From: Bacteroidota bacterium
GTDB taxonomy: Bacteria; Bacteroidota; Bacteroidia; NS11-12g; UBA955
DNA: 51,211 bases
Assembly (NCBI GenBank): GCA_039796915.1
Contig: JBDKIU010000032.1
Location: forward strand, 1-51,211
Reading direction: 5' to 3'
Part shown: positions 1 to 9,183 of the stretch, one piece after another
How positions within the stretch are numbered: the stretch's first letter is position 1
How the letters are laid out: each line of letters opens with the position of its first letter
Made by a program: the position numbers and the translations under genes
The notes under the pieces: generated by a model
Told to the model about the DNA's origin: nothing
What the model saw: the letters and a program-made list of their open reading frames with translations, nothing else
Databases searched by the model: none

Positions 1-376
1 GCTGCTTCATGCCGGGCAGAACCATGCGCGTGCAGTAAAAAACGCCGTTTACATTGGTGGCAAAAAGTTCATCCCATTGTTCCAGCGGCAAGCTTTCGCA
101 GAAGCCGAAATAGCCGAGGCCCGCGTTGTTGACCAGCACATCAACTTGACCGTTCTGTTCCTGAAATATCTGATGGAACACGGCTTCCACAGCAGCTGCA
201 CTGCGTACATCACAGGAGATAAAATGAAAGCGTTCGTGGTTCAGGTCTGGCGCGTTCCGACCCAGTCCATAAACGATGGCGCCCTTGTCCAGCAATTGCG
301 TACACAAATGATGACCTATGCCCTTGCTCACGCCGGTGATTACGGCTACCTGTCCTGCTAAGTTGATGGAATTCAT
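1..376 (-). CDS. SDR-family short-chain dehydrogenase/reductase, N-terminal part (gene continues beyond the window's 5' edge)
   Basis: Absent from the ORF track because it runs off the edge. The minus-strand ATG is at 376-374. My translation is MNSINLAGQVAVITGVSKGIGHHLCTQLLDKGAIVYGLGRN...VDVLVNNAGLGYFGF..., which carries the Rossmann TGxxxGIG and NNAG motifs of classical SDRs. The + strand ORF 77..361 is its antisense shadow. Confidence 0.8.
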   Translation of the reverse strand, partial: MNSINLAGQVAVITGVSKGIGHHLCTQLLDKGAIVYGLGRNAPDLNHERFHFISCDVRSAAAVEAVFHQIFQEQNGQVDVLVNNAGLGYFGFCESLPLEQWDELFATNVNGVFYCTRMVLPGMKQ

Positions 377-380
377 GCCG

Positions 381-388
381 CGAAATTA
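381..388 (-). promoter_or_regulatory. Candidate Bacteroidota -7 box TAATTTCG, 4 nt upstream of the SDR start codon
   Basis: The minus strand reads TAATTTCG-cggc-ATG. It has one mismatch (C for T) to TAnnTTTG, the same TAnnTTCG variant seen at other operon starts in this window. Confidence 0.3.
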
Positions 389-471
389 AGGCTTGGGCTG
401 CCTGTGTGAAGATGGCGGCACAAGTTCCCCTGAGAAACAGACAGCTGTAGTCCTGAAAGCAGGAATGCGGT

Positions 472-1650
472 TCAGCGCGTGACAGACATCTTCACCGGAA
501 CCCTGAACGATCCATACGCCGCACGGTTATGTGCGATGGCCGGCTCCCACTGCCAGTCAATCAGGCGCATCACGCGCAGCACTTCAGCTTCAAAGCCATA
601 ACCTCTGGGGCCATCCATCTGGCAGATCTCCAAATGGTCCACGCGACCTTCGGGTGTGATGGTGAAACAAACCATCACCAGGGCTTCCTTTCCGGCATCT
701 CGGGCAGCCTCAGGGTATTCCACCAATTCTATGATTTTCTGATAGTATTTCTGTAGTCCACCAATTACAGAAGCCCTGGTATAGGCACGGGCGGAATCAA
801 ACGGAACGGGCTTCCCTTCCGTATTGTAATGCTGCACATGCAGCAGGCGTTCCTTGCCCTGGCTCGAGTCGGCGGAAGCAAATCGTTCGTAAGAGGCAAG
901 TTTCCCGTTGGCGTGGTAGAAGTACCAGCTTCCCACCCTGATTCCGTTGTCGTAGGTGCCGTATTCAAAAAGTTGACGCGCTTCGGTATAGCGCACCCAG
1001 CGGCCATGCTTCTGGCCATTTTTATAGTGGACCGCATACAACAACCGTCCCTTATCGTCGTAATTCTGGAAAGGCCCGTCCAGCGTATCATTTCGATAAG
1101 TACGACGTTTCACCAGCACGCCCGATTCGCTGAAATACAGATGTTCCCCGTTGTTTTTCCCATTTACGTAAGCGCCCTGAAAACGTATCTGTCCGTTGTC
1201 ATACTGTGCCTGCCAGCGACCCACGGCTTCGCCATTGCGGTATTGACCCAGACTGTACGCAGGCAATTCCGAGTTGCGCTCGTACCATTTTCCGTGCTTC
1301 CGGCCTTTTTTGAAATTACCGGAATCCAGCAACTGGCCTTGTGGGTTATAGGATACCCAAGACCCCTGCCGGAAGCTGTCAGGAACAAACTCCGGACGTA
1401 AACGGCTGTAATGTGCGCGGATGTGCAGGTTGCCGTTCAGATAACGCACGGTGCGGAGGAAGGATTTCTCTTTTACCTGCGACCATGTTTCGCTGTACAC
1501 GGCCTTTTTCTTCTTTACCTCGCGGTATTCTTGATCCAGCCAGTAAACCTTTTGTTTCTGCGCAGCAAGAGCCAGCGGCAGCAAAAGCAGCAGCGCTGCA
1601 ATGCCTTTACTTCGAAAAGCCTGCAAAAGATTTCCCATGCGCTTCCTCAT
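472..1650 (-). CDS. Secreted MORN-variant (YwqK-like) repeat protein with a C-terminal TonB-type domain
   Basis: The N-terminus is signal-peptide-like ([16 protein letters not shown]). Repeated G-x-W-x-x-Y-x-x-G/NG-xx-H/K-G motifs are typical of MORN_2 repeats. The C-terminus ([26 protein letters not shown]...FRVPVKMSV) resembles a TonB_C domain. An alternative ATG lies at 1638. Either start overlaps the 3' end of the upstream decarboxylase gene. Confidence 0.7.
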   Translation of the reverse strand: MRKRMGNLLQAFRSKGIAALLLLLPLALAAQKQKVYWLDQEYREVKKKKAVYSETWSQVKEKSFLRTVRYLNGNLHIRAHYSRLRPEFVPDSFRQGSWVSYNPQGQLLDSGNFKKGRKHGKWYERNSELPAYSLGQYRNGEAVGRWQAQYDNGQIRFQGAYVNGKNNGEHLYFSESGVLVKRRTYRNDTLDGPFQNYDDKGRLLYAVHYKNGQKHGRWVRYTEARQLFEYGTYDNGIRVGSWYFYHANGKLASYERFASADSSQGKERLLHVQHYNTEGKPVPFDSARAYTRASVIGGLQKYYQKIIELVEYPEAARDAGKEALVMVCFTITPEGRVDHLEICQMDGPRGYGFEAEVLRVMRLIDWQWEPAIAHNRAAYGSFRVPVKMSVTR

Positions 1651-2611
1651 ACAAGCGTTCTTTAGGCAGGGAACGGAAATAGTCGTAGGTAATCTTCAAA
1701 CCTTCAGAGCGGTGCACTTTCGGTTCCCAGCCCAGGATTTGGCGCGCCCGGGTAATGTCAGGCTGACGTTGCTTGGGATCATCGGTAGGCAACGGTTTAT
1801 AGATCACCTTCTGGCTGGTTCCGGTAAGACGAATAATTTCTTCGGCGAACTGACTGATGGTGATTTCGTCGGGGTTGCCCACGTTCACAGGCTGCACACA
1901 ATCGGAATGAAGCAGGCGATAAATTCCTTCCACCAGATCATCCACATAACAGAAGCTGCGCGTCTGGCTTCCATCGCCGAACACGGTGAGGTCTTCACCG
2001 CGCAGCGCCTGTCCGATGAAGGCGGGCAATACACGTCCGTCGTTCAGGCGCATCCTTGGACCATAGGTGTTGAAGATGCGTACAATGCGTGTATCCACGC
2101 CGTGATAGGTATGGTAGGCCATGGTGATGGCTTCCTGGAAGCGCTTGGCCTCGTCATAAACGCCGCGCGGTCCAACAGGATTCACGTTGCCCCAGTAATC
2201 CTCGTTTTGCGGATGTACCAGAGGATCGCCGTACACTTCGCTGGTGCTGGCTACCATGATGGTGGCCTTTTTGGCGCGTGCCAGTCCGAGCAGATTGTGC
2301 GTTCCCAAGCTGCCCACTTTGAGCGTTTGAATGGGAATTTTCAGGTAGTCGATGGGACTGGCCGGACTTGCAAAGTGCAGGATATAGTGCAATTCACCGG
2401 GCACATGCACGAACTTGCTTACATCGTGGTTGTAGAATTCAAACTGCTCCAGGCGAAACAGGTGTTCGATGTTGCGCAGGTCGCCGGTAATCAGGTTATC
2501 CATGCCTATCACGTGAAAACCTTCACGGATGAAGCGGTCGCAGAGGTGGGAGCCGAGAAATCCAGCCGCACCGGTAATAAGCACTCTTTTACGTTCCATA
2601 GTTGTTGTCAT
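1607..2611 (-). CDS. UDP-glucuronate decarboxylase (UDP-xylose synthase type, extended SDR)
   Basis: [10 protein letters not shown] Rossmann motif, [15 protein letters not shown] (YxxxK), [10 protein letters not shown] and GDGSQTRSF blocks are characteristic of UXS enzymes. Its start shares 1 nt with the ugd stop (TGATG). Confidence 0.9.
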   Translation of the reverse strand: MTTTMERKRVLITGAAGFLGSHLCDRFIREGFHVIGMDNLITGDLRNIEHLFRLEQFEFYNHDVSKFVHVPGELHYILHFASPASPIDYLKIPIQTLKVGSLGTHNLLGLARAKKATIMVASTSEVYGDPLVHPQNEDYWGNVNPVGPRGVYDEAKRFQEAITMAYHTYHGVDTRIVRIFNTYGPRMRLNDGRVLPAFIGQALRGEDLTVFGDGSQTRSFCYVDDLVEGIYRLLHSDCVQPVNVGNPDEITISQFAEEIIRLTGTSQKVIYKPLPTDDPKQRQPDITRARQILGWEPKVHRSEGLKITYDYFRSLPKERLYEEAHGKSFAGFSK

Positions 2612-3921
2612 CAGGCCTTCAGGTCAGAACGGCCTATTGAATAATAAGTAAAACCTTCCCTGCGCATGGCGTCGAGGTCAAACACGTTGCGGCCATCAAA
2701 TACCACTTGTTCTTTTAAGGATGTTTTGATGCGGCCAAAATCTGGTGTGCGGAATTCGGGCCATTCGGTAGCGATAACGAGGGCATCGGCACCTTGCAGC
2801 GCATCGTATTGATTGTCGGCGAAACGTATATCCAGGCCGGCATGCTGTTTCACATTGGGCATGGCCTCGGGATCATACGCCGCCACGGTGGCGCCTTCCT
2901 GCAGCAGCGCGTGGATCAGTTCCAGTGCGGGTGCTTCACGGATGTCGTCGGTATTGGGTTTAAAAGCAAGGCCCCAAACGGCGAAATGTTTGCCTTGCAA
3001 CGCACCAAAATGCGATTGAATTTTGGGAAGCAGACTCTTCTTCTGGTGGGCATTCACGGCTTCCACAGCCTTCAGGATTTTGAAGTCGTATCCGGCTTTA
3101 TCCGCAGAATGCACCAAAGCCTTTACATCTTTAGGGAAGCAACTTCCACCGTAACCAATGCCCGGGAACAAAAAGCGCTTCCCGATGCGCTCATCGGAGC
3201 CCATGCCCAAACGCACCATGTCCACATCGGCACCCAGGCGTTCGCACAACTGTGCTATTTCGTTCATGAATGAAATCTTGGCTGCCAGAAAGCTGTTGGC
3301 TGCGTATTTGGTGAGTTCTGCACTGCGTTCATCCATAAAGATGATGGGATTTCCCTGGCGCACAAAAGGCTGGTAGAGTTCCTGCATCATCAGCCGCGCG
3401 CGGTCGCTGGAGCAACCGATGACCACGCGGTCTGGTTTCATAAAATCATCCACGGCCACACCTTCGCGCAAGAATTCGGGGTTGCTCACCACGTCAAAGT
3501 CACCGGCATAACCTGCGGCGATGGCTTCACGCACCAGATCGGCAGTTCCCACCGGAACAGTGCTTTTATCCACCACCACGCGGTAGTCGTTCAACAGCCT
3601 GCCAATTTCTCCGGCCACGTTCAGTACATAGCTGAGGTCAGCGCTGCCGTCTTCACCCGGAGGCGTGGGCAAGGCCAGAAAAATCACGTCGCTTCCATCT
3701 ACCGCTTCTTTCAGCGAAGTGGTAAAATGCAGACGGCCTTCTTTCAGGTTTCTTTTGAAGATGAGTTCGAGGCCGGGTTCAAAGATGGTAATCTGACCAG
3801 AGGCCAGCTTGGCCACTTTCGCCGCATCGATGTCCACGCAGATCACCTGATTTCCGGTTTCGGCGAAACAGGTACCTGTAACCAAGCCAACGTATCCTGT
3901 TCCTACAACTGATATTTTCAT
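2611..3921 (-). CDS. ugd: UDP-glucose 6-dehydrogenase
   Basis: [22 protein letters not shown]-terminus and a GGSCFPKDV catalytic-Cys block. I chose the internal ATG at 3921 (ATGA overlap with the upstream stop) rather than the extended track start at 4032. Confidence 0.9.
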   Translation of the reverse strand: MKISVVGTGYVGLVTGTCFAETGNQVICVDIDAAKVAKLASGQITIFEPGLELIFKRNLKEGRLHFTTSLKEAVDGSDVIFLALPTPPGEDGSADLSYVLNVAGEIGRLLNDYRVVVDKSTVPVGTADLVREAIAAGYAGDFDVVSNPEFLREGVAVDDFMKPDRVVIGCSSDRARLMMQELYQPFVRQGNPIIFMDERSAELTKYAANSFLAAKISFMNEIAQLCERLGADVDMVRLGMGSDERIGKRFLFPGIGYGGSCFPKDVKALVHSADKAGYDFKILKAVEAVNAHQKKSLLPKIQSHFGALQGKHFAVWGLAFKPNTDDIREAPALELIHALLQEGATVAAYDPEAMPNVKQHAGLDIRFADNQYDALQGADALVIATEWPEFRTPDFGRIKTSLKEQVVFDGRNVFDLDAMRREGFTYYSIGRSDLKA

Positions 3922-5060
3922 GCCTGTTCTGGTTGATTGTTTTGGGCGAAGGCACGAATGCTTTCCACGATGTATTGAATCTGCTCCTGATCCATTTCCG
4001 TGCTGATGGGCAGGGAAAGAACCCTCATGCATAAGTCTTCGGTGCCCGGCATGTGTACCGAAGCATCGAAATAGGCGCGCTGGCGATGCAGCGGCGTGGG
4101 ATAATAAATCATGCTGGGAATTCCGGCGGCTTCCAGATGTGCTTTCAATGCTTCCCGCATGGCATGTGTTCCCAGCGCAAGGGTGTACTGGTGAAACACG
4201 TGCGTGCTGTTTGGAACCCTTGAGGGAATGCGCACGCCGGGCAATCCTGACAAGCCTTTATCGTAGGCATCGGCCACTTCATTCCGGGCGGCCTCGTAGG
4301 TATTCAGATGTTTCAGCTTCACAGACAAAACCGCGGCCTGTATGCTGTCCAGACGCGAGTTCAGCCCAACTACGTCGTGGGTATATTTCACTTTTTGTCC
4401 GTGGTTACAGATCATGCGCAGCTTTTCGGCAAGCACGGCATCGCGGGTAAACACGGCACCACCATCGCCATAGCAACCCAGATTTTTGGAGGGGAAGAAC
4501 GATGTTGTTCCAATATGACCCATGGTTCCGGCCCGCATCATCCGGCCGTCGGGGAAGGTATAGCGCGAACCAATGGCCTGGGCAGTATCTTCAATCACAT
4601 ACAGGTTGTGGCGCTGGGCAATGTCAAGGATTTCGGCCATCGGCGCACATTGTCCGTACAGATGCACGGGCGCGATGACTTTAGTTGCAGGCGTGATGAG
4701 GCTGCTGAGTGTTGCCGGATCCATGAGGTAGGTGGCAGGATCTACTTCACAATAAACAGGCTTATGACCCAGCAGGTGAATCATTTCAGCCAATGCAGCG
4801 TAAGAAAAAGAAGGCGTAATGATTTCCGAACCGGGAGGCAGATCCAGCGCCATCATGGCAACCTGGAGTGCGTCGGTACCATTGGCACAGCCAATCACGT
4901 AGGGAACATCCAGGTAAACGGCCAGTTCCTGTTCAAACTTCTTCACTGCCGGACCATTGATAAAAGAGGAGTTGAGGATGACCTCCTTCATTGCTGCATC
5001 AACCTCGTCCTGTATCTTCAGATACTGGGTGCCGAGGTCCACCATTTGAATTTTACGCAT
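3918..5060 (-). CDS. DegT/DnrJ/EryC1/StrS-family PLP-dependent sugar aminotransferase
   Basis: Family-typical N-terminus (IQMVDLGTQYLKIQDEVD), GTDALQ, and an FFPSKNLG lysine block. The start is set at ATG 5060 because a perfect -7 box (5074-5081) lies between 5060 and the longer track start at 5087. Confidence 0.85.
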   Translation of the reverse strand: MRKIQMVDLGTQYLKIQDEVDAAMKEVILNSSFINGPAVKKFEQELAVYLDVPYVIGCANGTDALQVAMMALDLPPGSEIITPSFSYAALAEMIHLLGHKPVYCEVDPATYLMDPATLSSLITPATKVIAPVHLYGQCAPMAEILDIAQRHNLYVIEDTAQAIGSRYTFPDGRMMRAGTMGHIGTTSFFPSKNLGCYGDGGAVFTRDAVLAEKLRMICNHGQKVKYTHDVVGLNSRLDSIQAAVLSVKLKHLNTYEAARNEVADAYDKGLSGLPGVRIPSRVPNSTHVFHQYTLALGTHAMREALKAHLEAAGIPSMIYYPTPLHRQRAYFDASVHMPGTEDLCMRVLSLPISTEMDQEQIQYIVESIRAFAQNNQPEQA

Positions 5061-5073
5061 GAAATTACCTGCG

Positions 5074-5081
5074 CAAAAATA
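5074..5081 (-). promoter_or_regulatory. Candidate -7 box TATTTTTG for the aminotransferase-ugd-decarboxylase operon
   Basis: The minus strand reads TATTTTTG-N13-ATG(5060), a perfect match to the Bacteroidota TAnnTTTG consensus. Confidence 0.45.
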
Positions 5082-5113
5082 GGTCATCCGATGCAGCCTT
5101 ACCGCATGGTTGT

Positions 5114-5863
5114 TTAGGCATTCAGCCCACGCTGCCTCAATACTTCAAACAGTATGATTCCGGTGGCCACCGATACGTTCAGGGAATCAAATCCACCGGG
5201 CATCGGGATGGCCACGCGGGCGTCTGACAGTTGCAGGAGTGACGGATCCACACCTTTTTCTTCGTTGCCCATGATGATGGCCAATGGGCCGCTGAGCGCG
5301 CTGTCAAACAGCAGCTCTTTGCCTTTTTCGGTAGCTGAAGCTATGCGCAGTCCGTGTTCACGCAGTGCCCTTACGGTTTGCTGCAGCTGATCTACCCTGC
5401 ACACCGGAATGCGGAACACGGCTCCCGAAGAAGTAGTCACCACATCCTGACCAACGGCAGCCGATCCTTTGGCGGGAACAATCACGGCGTCGGCACCGGC
5501 GCAGGCTGCGGTGCGCAGGATGGCGCCAAAATTCCGAACGTCTGTGATGCCGTCAAGAACCAGCAGCAGCGGATCTTTTCCTGCTTCAAAACAACGTGTC
5601 ACAATTTCTTCCCATGATTGAAAGGCAATGGGAGAAATGGCGGCAACGATGCCCTGATGGTTGGGGTTGCTCACCAGAAACGTGAGTTTCTCGGTGGGCG
5701 CTTTTACAAATGGAATACCAGCCTCTTTGATGGCGGGAACCAGACTGCTGATTTTGGGATTCCGGGCTCCGGAATCAATCCAGATTTTATCCAGCGTTTG
5801 TCCTTTGGCCAGGGCCTCTTCTACCGGATGAATTCCGAAAATAAATTTCTTCTTGAGCGACAT
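5114..5863 (-). CDS. rlmB: SpoU/TrmH-family 23S rRNA (guanosine-2'-O)-methyltransferase
   Basis: IFGIHPVEEAL N-terminal substrate-binding region and a C-terminal SPOUT knot (IIMGNEEKGV ... IPMPGGFDSLNVSVATGIILFE). Confidence 0.8.
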   Translation of the reverse strand: MSLKKKFIFGIHPVEEALAKGQTLDKIWIDSGARNPKISSLVPAIKEAGIPFVKAPTEKLTFLVSNPNHQGIVAAISPIAFQSWEEIVTRCFEAGKDPLLLVLDGITDVRNFGAILRTAACAGADAVIVPAKGSAAVGQDVVTTSSGAVFRIPVCRVDQLQQTVRALREHGLRIASATEKGKELLFDSALSGPLAIIMGNEEKGVDPSLLQLSDARVAIPMPGGFDSLNVSVATGIILFEVLRQRGLNA

Positions 5864-5864
5864 A

Positions 5865-5895
5865 TAAAAAAAAGAAGGCCGCCGAAGCGGCCTTC
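5865..5895 (-). terminator. Strong intrinsic terminator after the DUF2723 gene, abutting the rlmB start codon
   Basis: The minus strand reads GAAGGCCGC-TTCG-GCGGCCTTC followed by TTTTTTTT: a 9-bp GC-rich stem, a UUCG loop and a U8 tract. The rlmB ATG follows 2 nt later. Confidence 0.8.
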
Positions 5896-5908
5896 CTCAT
5901 AATTCGTG

Positions 5909-8900
5909 TTAGGGCCTTGAGGCCTGGGTAATGACTTTCTGATACTTGTCGGCGAGCGCAGTCTTGCCACGATCCTTGGCCAGCTGCTGCACCGTTTGCA
6001 TGATGCCGATGGCGTTCTGATACTGCTCTGCGGCGGTGCTGTTTCCACGCTGGTTAAACTGCTTGAAATAGCGCGCATACTGGTTGGCGTTGTTCATGCA
6101 TTTATCCATCCACTGTTCACCTTTCTTATCCTCGCCAAATTCCATGTACAGCATAGCCAGGTAGTAACGCACTTCATTTCTGTAGGTGAGCACATGTTCT
6201 GGTATTTCTGCGGCAATCAGGTCGAGCAGTTTCACTGCTTTGGTGCGGTATTCTTCGGCTGTTTTATCGAGGTTGGCTTTGTATGCGGCGACATCCGTTC
6301 CTGCGGGAAGCGTTTGTCTTCCTGAGTCCAGAGACATCTTCACGCTCATCATGCGGCTGATTTCATTGCTGTACATGTCGCCCATGTTGATCACCAGCTG
6401 CTGCAGCGCCTGAGGAACCATCATGGCCTTGTCGTCCAGATAGAAATTCTTCTTCTCTTTCATGCCACCCCAGCGGAATTTCATGAGGTTGTCGTAGGTG
6501 CGTTGTTCGGCGATGTTTGCCGGGCGACCGCGGTCTTCAGAAACGGTTCCGCCATTGACAGGCACCAGACGGAAGGACAAGCCTTCGCACTGCAGCCAGC
6601 TGTTCAGACCCATAAAGTCATAACCACTGGTAGTCGTAAAGCAGATGGGGCGTTTCCAGCCACGTTCGGCATTGGTTACAATCAGGTCGAGCATGAGCAA
6701 ATCACCTTTGCTGAAGTATTCGCCGGGCATGCGGAAATCAATGAACGGTGCAATCTTGCCGGTGTCCTTCGCTTCTACCATACCATTTTCCAGGATGGCT
6801 TTGCGATCTACAGGAATCCTGATTTTTCTGGTGGGGAACACTTCTTCTTTGGTCATGTTCGCGGGGTCTTTACCCAACACGAAGTTTACCACTTTGCGGC
6901 CATCGGTGAAGCCGGCGGCTTCATCAAACCCATCCAGGCTGAGGTTTTGGAAACGAATGCCGTATTCAAAACGTCCGGCCCTCAGGTCGTTTTTGGTAAG
7001 GGTGAGCGGCAGCGGATCGGAATTGTACACCTTGTCAAGCAGCACACTGCTGTACCATTCTGTGGGCAGCAGGCTCTGGTTGATGATGCGCACATCGGTA
7101 CGAATACCTTCCACATTCTGCGCATACCAAAGCGGATAAGTGTCGTTATCGCCATTGGTAAACAGGATGGCGTTTGGCGGACAACTTTGCAGGTAGTTTT
7201 TCGCGTAGTCAATGCCCAGATAACGTGCAGAACGGTCGTGGTCATCCCAGTTTTGGGAAGCCATGAGCACCGGAGCCGCCAAAAGTGCCACTGCGCTGGC
7301 AGCCATTGCTGCACTGCGGGCATTTTTGAGGTATTTGCGCAGCCACTCTGCGATGCCGAGCACGCCCAGGCCAATCCAGATACAGAAGGTCTGGAAGGAA
7401 CCAACCACTGAATAGTCGCGTTCGCGCGGTTCAAATGGAGGCTGGTTCATATATACGTTGATCAGGATGCCTGTAAACAGGAACAGAATCATCACAACCC
7501 AGGCATCCTTGCTGCGTTTCTTGAACTGCAGCGACATGCCGATGATGCCGATGATCAGTGGCAGGAAGAAATACGTGTTCCTGGCTTTGTTGTTCTTCAG
7601 GTCATCGGGAAGATTTTTCTGCGTTCCGGTATTCAGGTAGTCAATCGGGGCAATGCCACTCAGCCAGTTGCCATCAAATTGCGTGTTGCCAAGCATGGCC
7701 TGCTGGTCGTTCTGTCTGCCCACAAAATTCCACATGAAATAACGCATATACATGTAGTACAACTGGTAGCTGAAGAAATAGCGCAGGTTGTTGGCAAAGG
7801 TGGGCTTTTGTGCGCGGAGTGCACGCAGTTGTTCCTGTTCTTCTTCCGACAAACCTCCCTGGGCAGCCTTATTCTGCAGGGCGTTAATCATGCCCTGGGT
7901 TTTTTCCATACCGCCCCAGTAACGATAGCCGATGTCGTCGTTTTCTTTGGCCTTGCCCATGCGTGGGAACAAGGTGGTATAGCGTTCGTCAAACTTGTAA
8001 TCGTATTTGGCGCCGGCAAGTTTGTATTCTGCAGAATCTGCGTACCACTTCTCACCTACTTCTTCGGTTTCAATGGGAGGCGCGTTGAAATACGGACCGT
8101 AAACCAGCGGACGGTCGCCGTACTGTTCGCGGTTGATATAGCTCAACAGGTTGAACATATCTTCCGGGTTGTTCATGTCGATGGCGGGATTGGCCATAGA
8201 ACGAAGTACCACCATGGTATAGGTAGAATAGCCCAGTAAGATGAAACTTACTGAAAGCATGGCCAGGTTCAATAAGTATTTTCCGGCGCGGATGCTGTAG
8301 CGAATCCCGTACACCAAACCTGCAATCAGCAGGGCAATACCAAACAGCACACCGCTGTAAAAAGGCATTCCAAGACTGTTCACAAACAGCTTGTCCATAT
8401 TGGCTAGGTACCAAACCGTACCGGGAATGATTCCTTTCATGATGAAGCCCAGCACGCCAAGCGCGATGAGGAATGCGATGATGAGGCCTTTGCGGGTAAC
8501 CTCATAGCGACGGAAGTAATAAACAAAGGCAACCGCCGGAATAACCAGGAGGTTCAGCAAGTGCGTTCCGATGGCCAGACCGGTGAGGTAGGCAATCAGA
8601 ATCAGCCAGCGATCTCCGCCCGGCTTATCGGCATCTTGTTCCCAGCGCAAAACCGCCCAGAATGTGATGGCGGTAAAGAATGAGCTCAAGGCATATACTT
8701 CGGCTTCAACTGCGCTGAACCAGAACGTATCGAGAAAGGTATTGGAGAATGCAGCAGTGAGGCCGGCTCCAAAGATGAGGATGTTGCGGCCGGTGCCAGC
8801 TTCTGCATCATTGCCAGTACCCAGCATTTTTTGCGCGAGGTATGTGGTGATCCAGAAGGTAAACATGACACAGCCCGCGCTGGCTGCAGCCGACATTGCG

Positions 8901-9136
8901 TTGATGAACACCGCTGCGATGGCTGGATTGGGAGCAAAAATGGAGAAAATCCTGCCCAACAACAGGAAAAACGGCGCTCCCGGAGGATGCACAACCTGAA
9001 GCTTATAGGCTGCAGAAAGGAATTCTCCGCAATCCCATAAACTCACGGATGGTTCCAAAGTGAGCATGTACACCAGGAAGGAAACTGCAAAAGTTACCCA
9101 TCCCAATAAGGTATTTAAACGCTTGAAAGACATCAT
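5909..9136 (-). CDS. DUF2723-family polytopic membrane protein (GT-C-like putative glycosyltransferase, TMEM260-like) with a long soluble C-terminal region
   Basis: The N-terminus (LGWVTFAVSFLVYMLTLEPSVSLWDCGEFLSAAYKLQVHPPGAPFFLLLGRIF) is the DUF2723 signature. It has many TM helices and, at 1075 aa, is a typical size for Bacteroidota members. Confidence 0.8.
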   Translation of the reverse strand: MMSFKRLNTLLGWVTFAVSFLVYMLTLEPSVSLWDCGEFLSAAYKLQVVHPPGAPFFLLLGRIFSIFAPNPAIAAVFINAMSAAASAGCVMFTFWITTYLAQKMLGTGNDAEAGTGRNILIFGAGLTAAFSNTFLDTFWFSAVEAEVYALSSFFTAITFWAVLRWEQDADKPGGDRWLILIAYLTGLAIGTHLLNLLVIPAVAFVYYFRRYEVTRKGLIIAFLIALGVLGFIMKGIIPGTVWYLANMDKLFVNSLGMPFYSGVLFGIALLIAGLVYGIRYSIRAGKYLLNLAMLSVSFILLGYSTYTMVVLRSMANPAIDMNNPEDMFNLLSYINREQYGDRPLVYGPYFNAPPIETEEVGEKWYADSAEYKLAGAKYDYKFDERYTTLFPRMGKAKENDDIGYRYWGGMEKTQGMINALQNKAAQGGLSEEEQEQLRALRAQKPTFANNLRYFFSYQLYYMYMRYFMWNFVGRQNDQQAMLGNTQFDGNWLSGIAPIDYLNTGTQKNLPDDLKNNKARNTYFFLPLIIGIIGMSLQFKKRSKDAWVVMILFLFTGILINVYMNQPPFEPRERDYSVVGSFQTFCIWIGLGVLGIAEWLRKYLKNARSAAMAASAVALLAAPVLMASQNWDDHDRSARYLGIDYAKNYLQSCPPNAILFTNGDNDTYPLWYAQNVEGIRTDVRIINQSLLPTEWYSSVLLDKVYNSDPLPLTLTKNDLRAGRFEYGIRFQNLSLDGFDEAAGFTDGRKVVNFVLGKDPANMTKEEVFPTRKIRIPVDRKAILENGMVEAKDTGKIAPFIDFRMPGEYFSKGDLLMLDLIVTNAERGWKRPICFTTTSGYDFMGLNSWLQCEGLSFRLVPVNGGTVSEDRGRPANIAEQRTYDNLMKFRWGGMKEKKNFYLDDKAMMVPQALQQLVINMGDMYSNEISRMMSVKMSLDSGRQTLPAGTDVAAYKANLDKTAEEYRTKAVKLLDLIAAEIPEHVLTYRNEVRYYLAMLYMEFGEDKKGEQWMDKCMNNANQYARYFKQFNQRGNSTAAEQYQNAIGIMQTVQQLAKDRGKTALADKYQKVITQASRP

Positions 9137-9154
9137 AGTCGGCTTTAATCCGGG

Positions 9155-9162
9155 CGAAAATA
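9155..9162 (-). promoter_or_regulatory. Candidate -7 box TATTTTCG upstream of the DUF2723 gene
   Basis: The minus strand reads TATTTTCG-N18-ATG(9136), the TAnnTTCG variant. Confidence 0.3.
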
Positions 9163-9183
9163 AGGATTCGGGAGGATTGAACC

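Noticed and set aside
2611-4032. N-terminally extended ORF-track models: 2611-4032, 3918-5087, 20524-21117, 21090-22319, 28392-29666, 29693-31039, 30700-32484, 36167-39370, 42110-44170, 44080-44883 and 46891-47928.
   Set aside because: The extensions run through the upstream gene or through predicted -7 boxes, and several begin at TTG. Internal starts reproduce the canonical family N-termini and give ATGA/TGATG coupling with the neighbours.
1607-5060. Ugd, a decarboxylase and an ArnB-like aminotransferase here, plus an ArnT-like GT at 31036-32484, read as an L-Ara4N lipid A modification pathway.
   Set aside because: The decarboxylase matches UXS (UDP-xylose synthase) blocks closely and has no ArnA formyltransferase domain. 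No ArnC or ArnD-like genes are present. The ArnT-like gene lies 26 kb away in a different operon. The resemblance is only at superfamily level.
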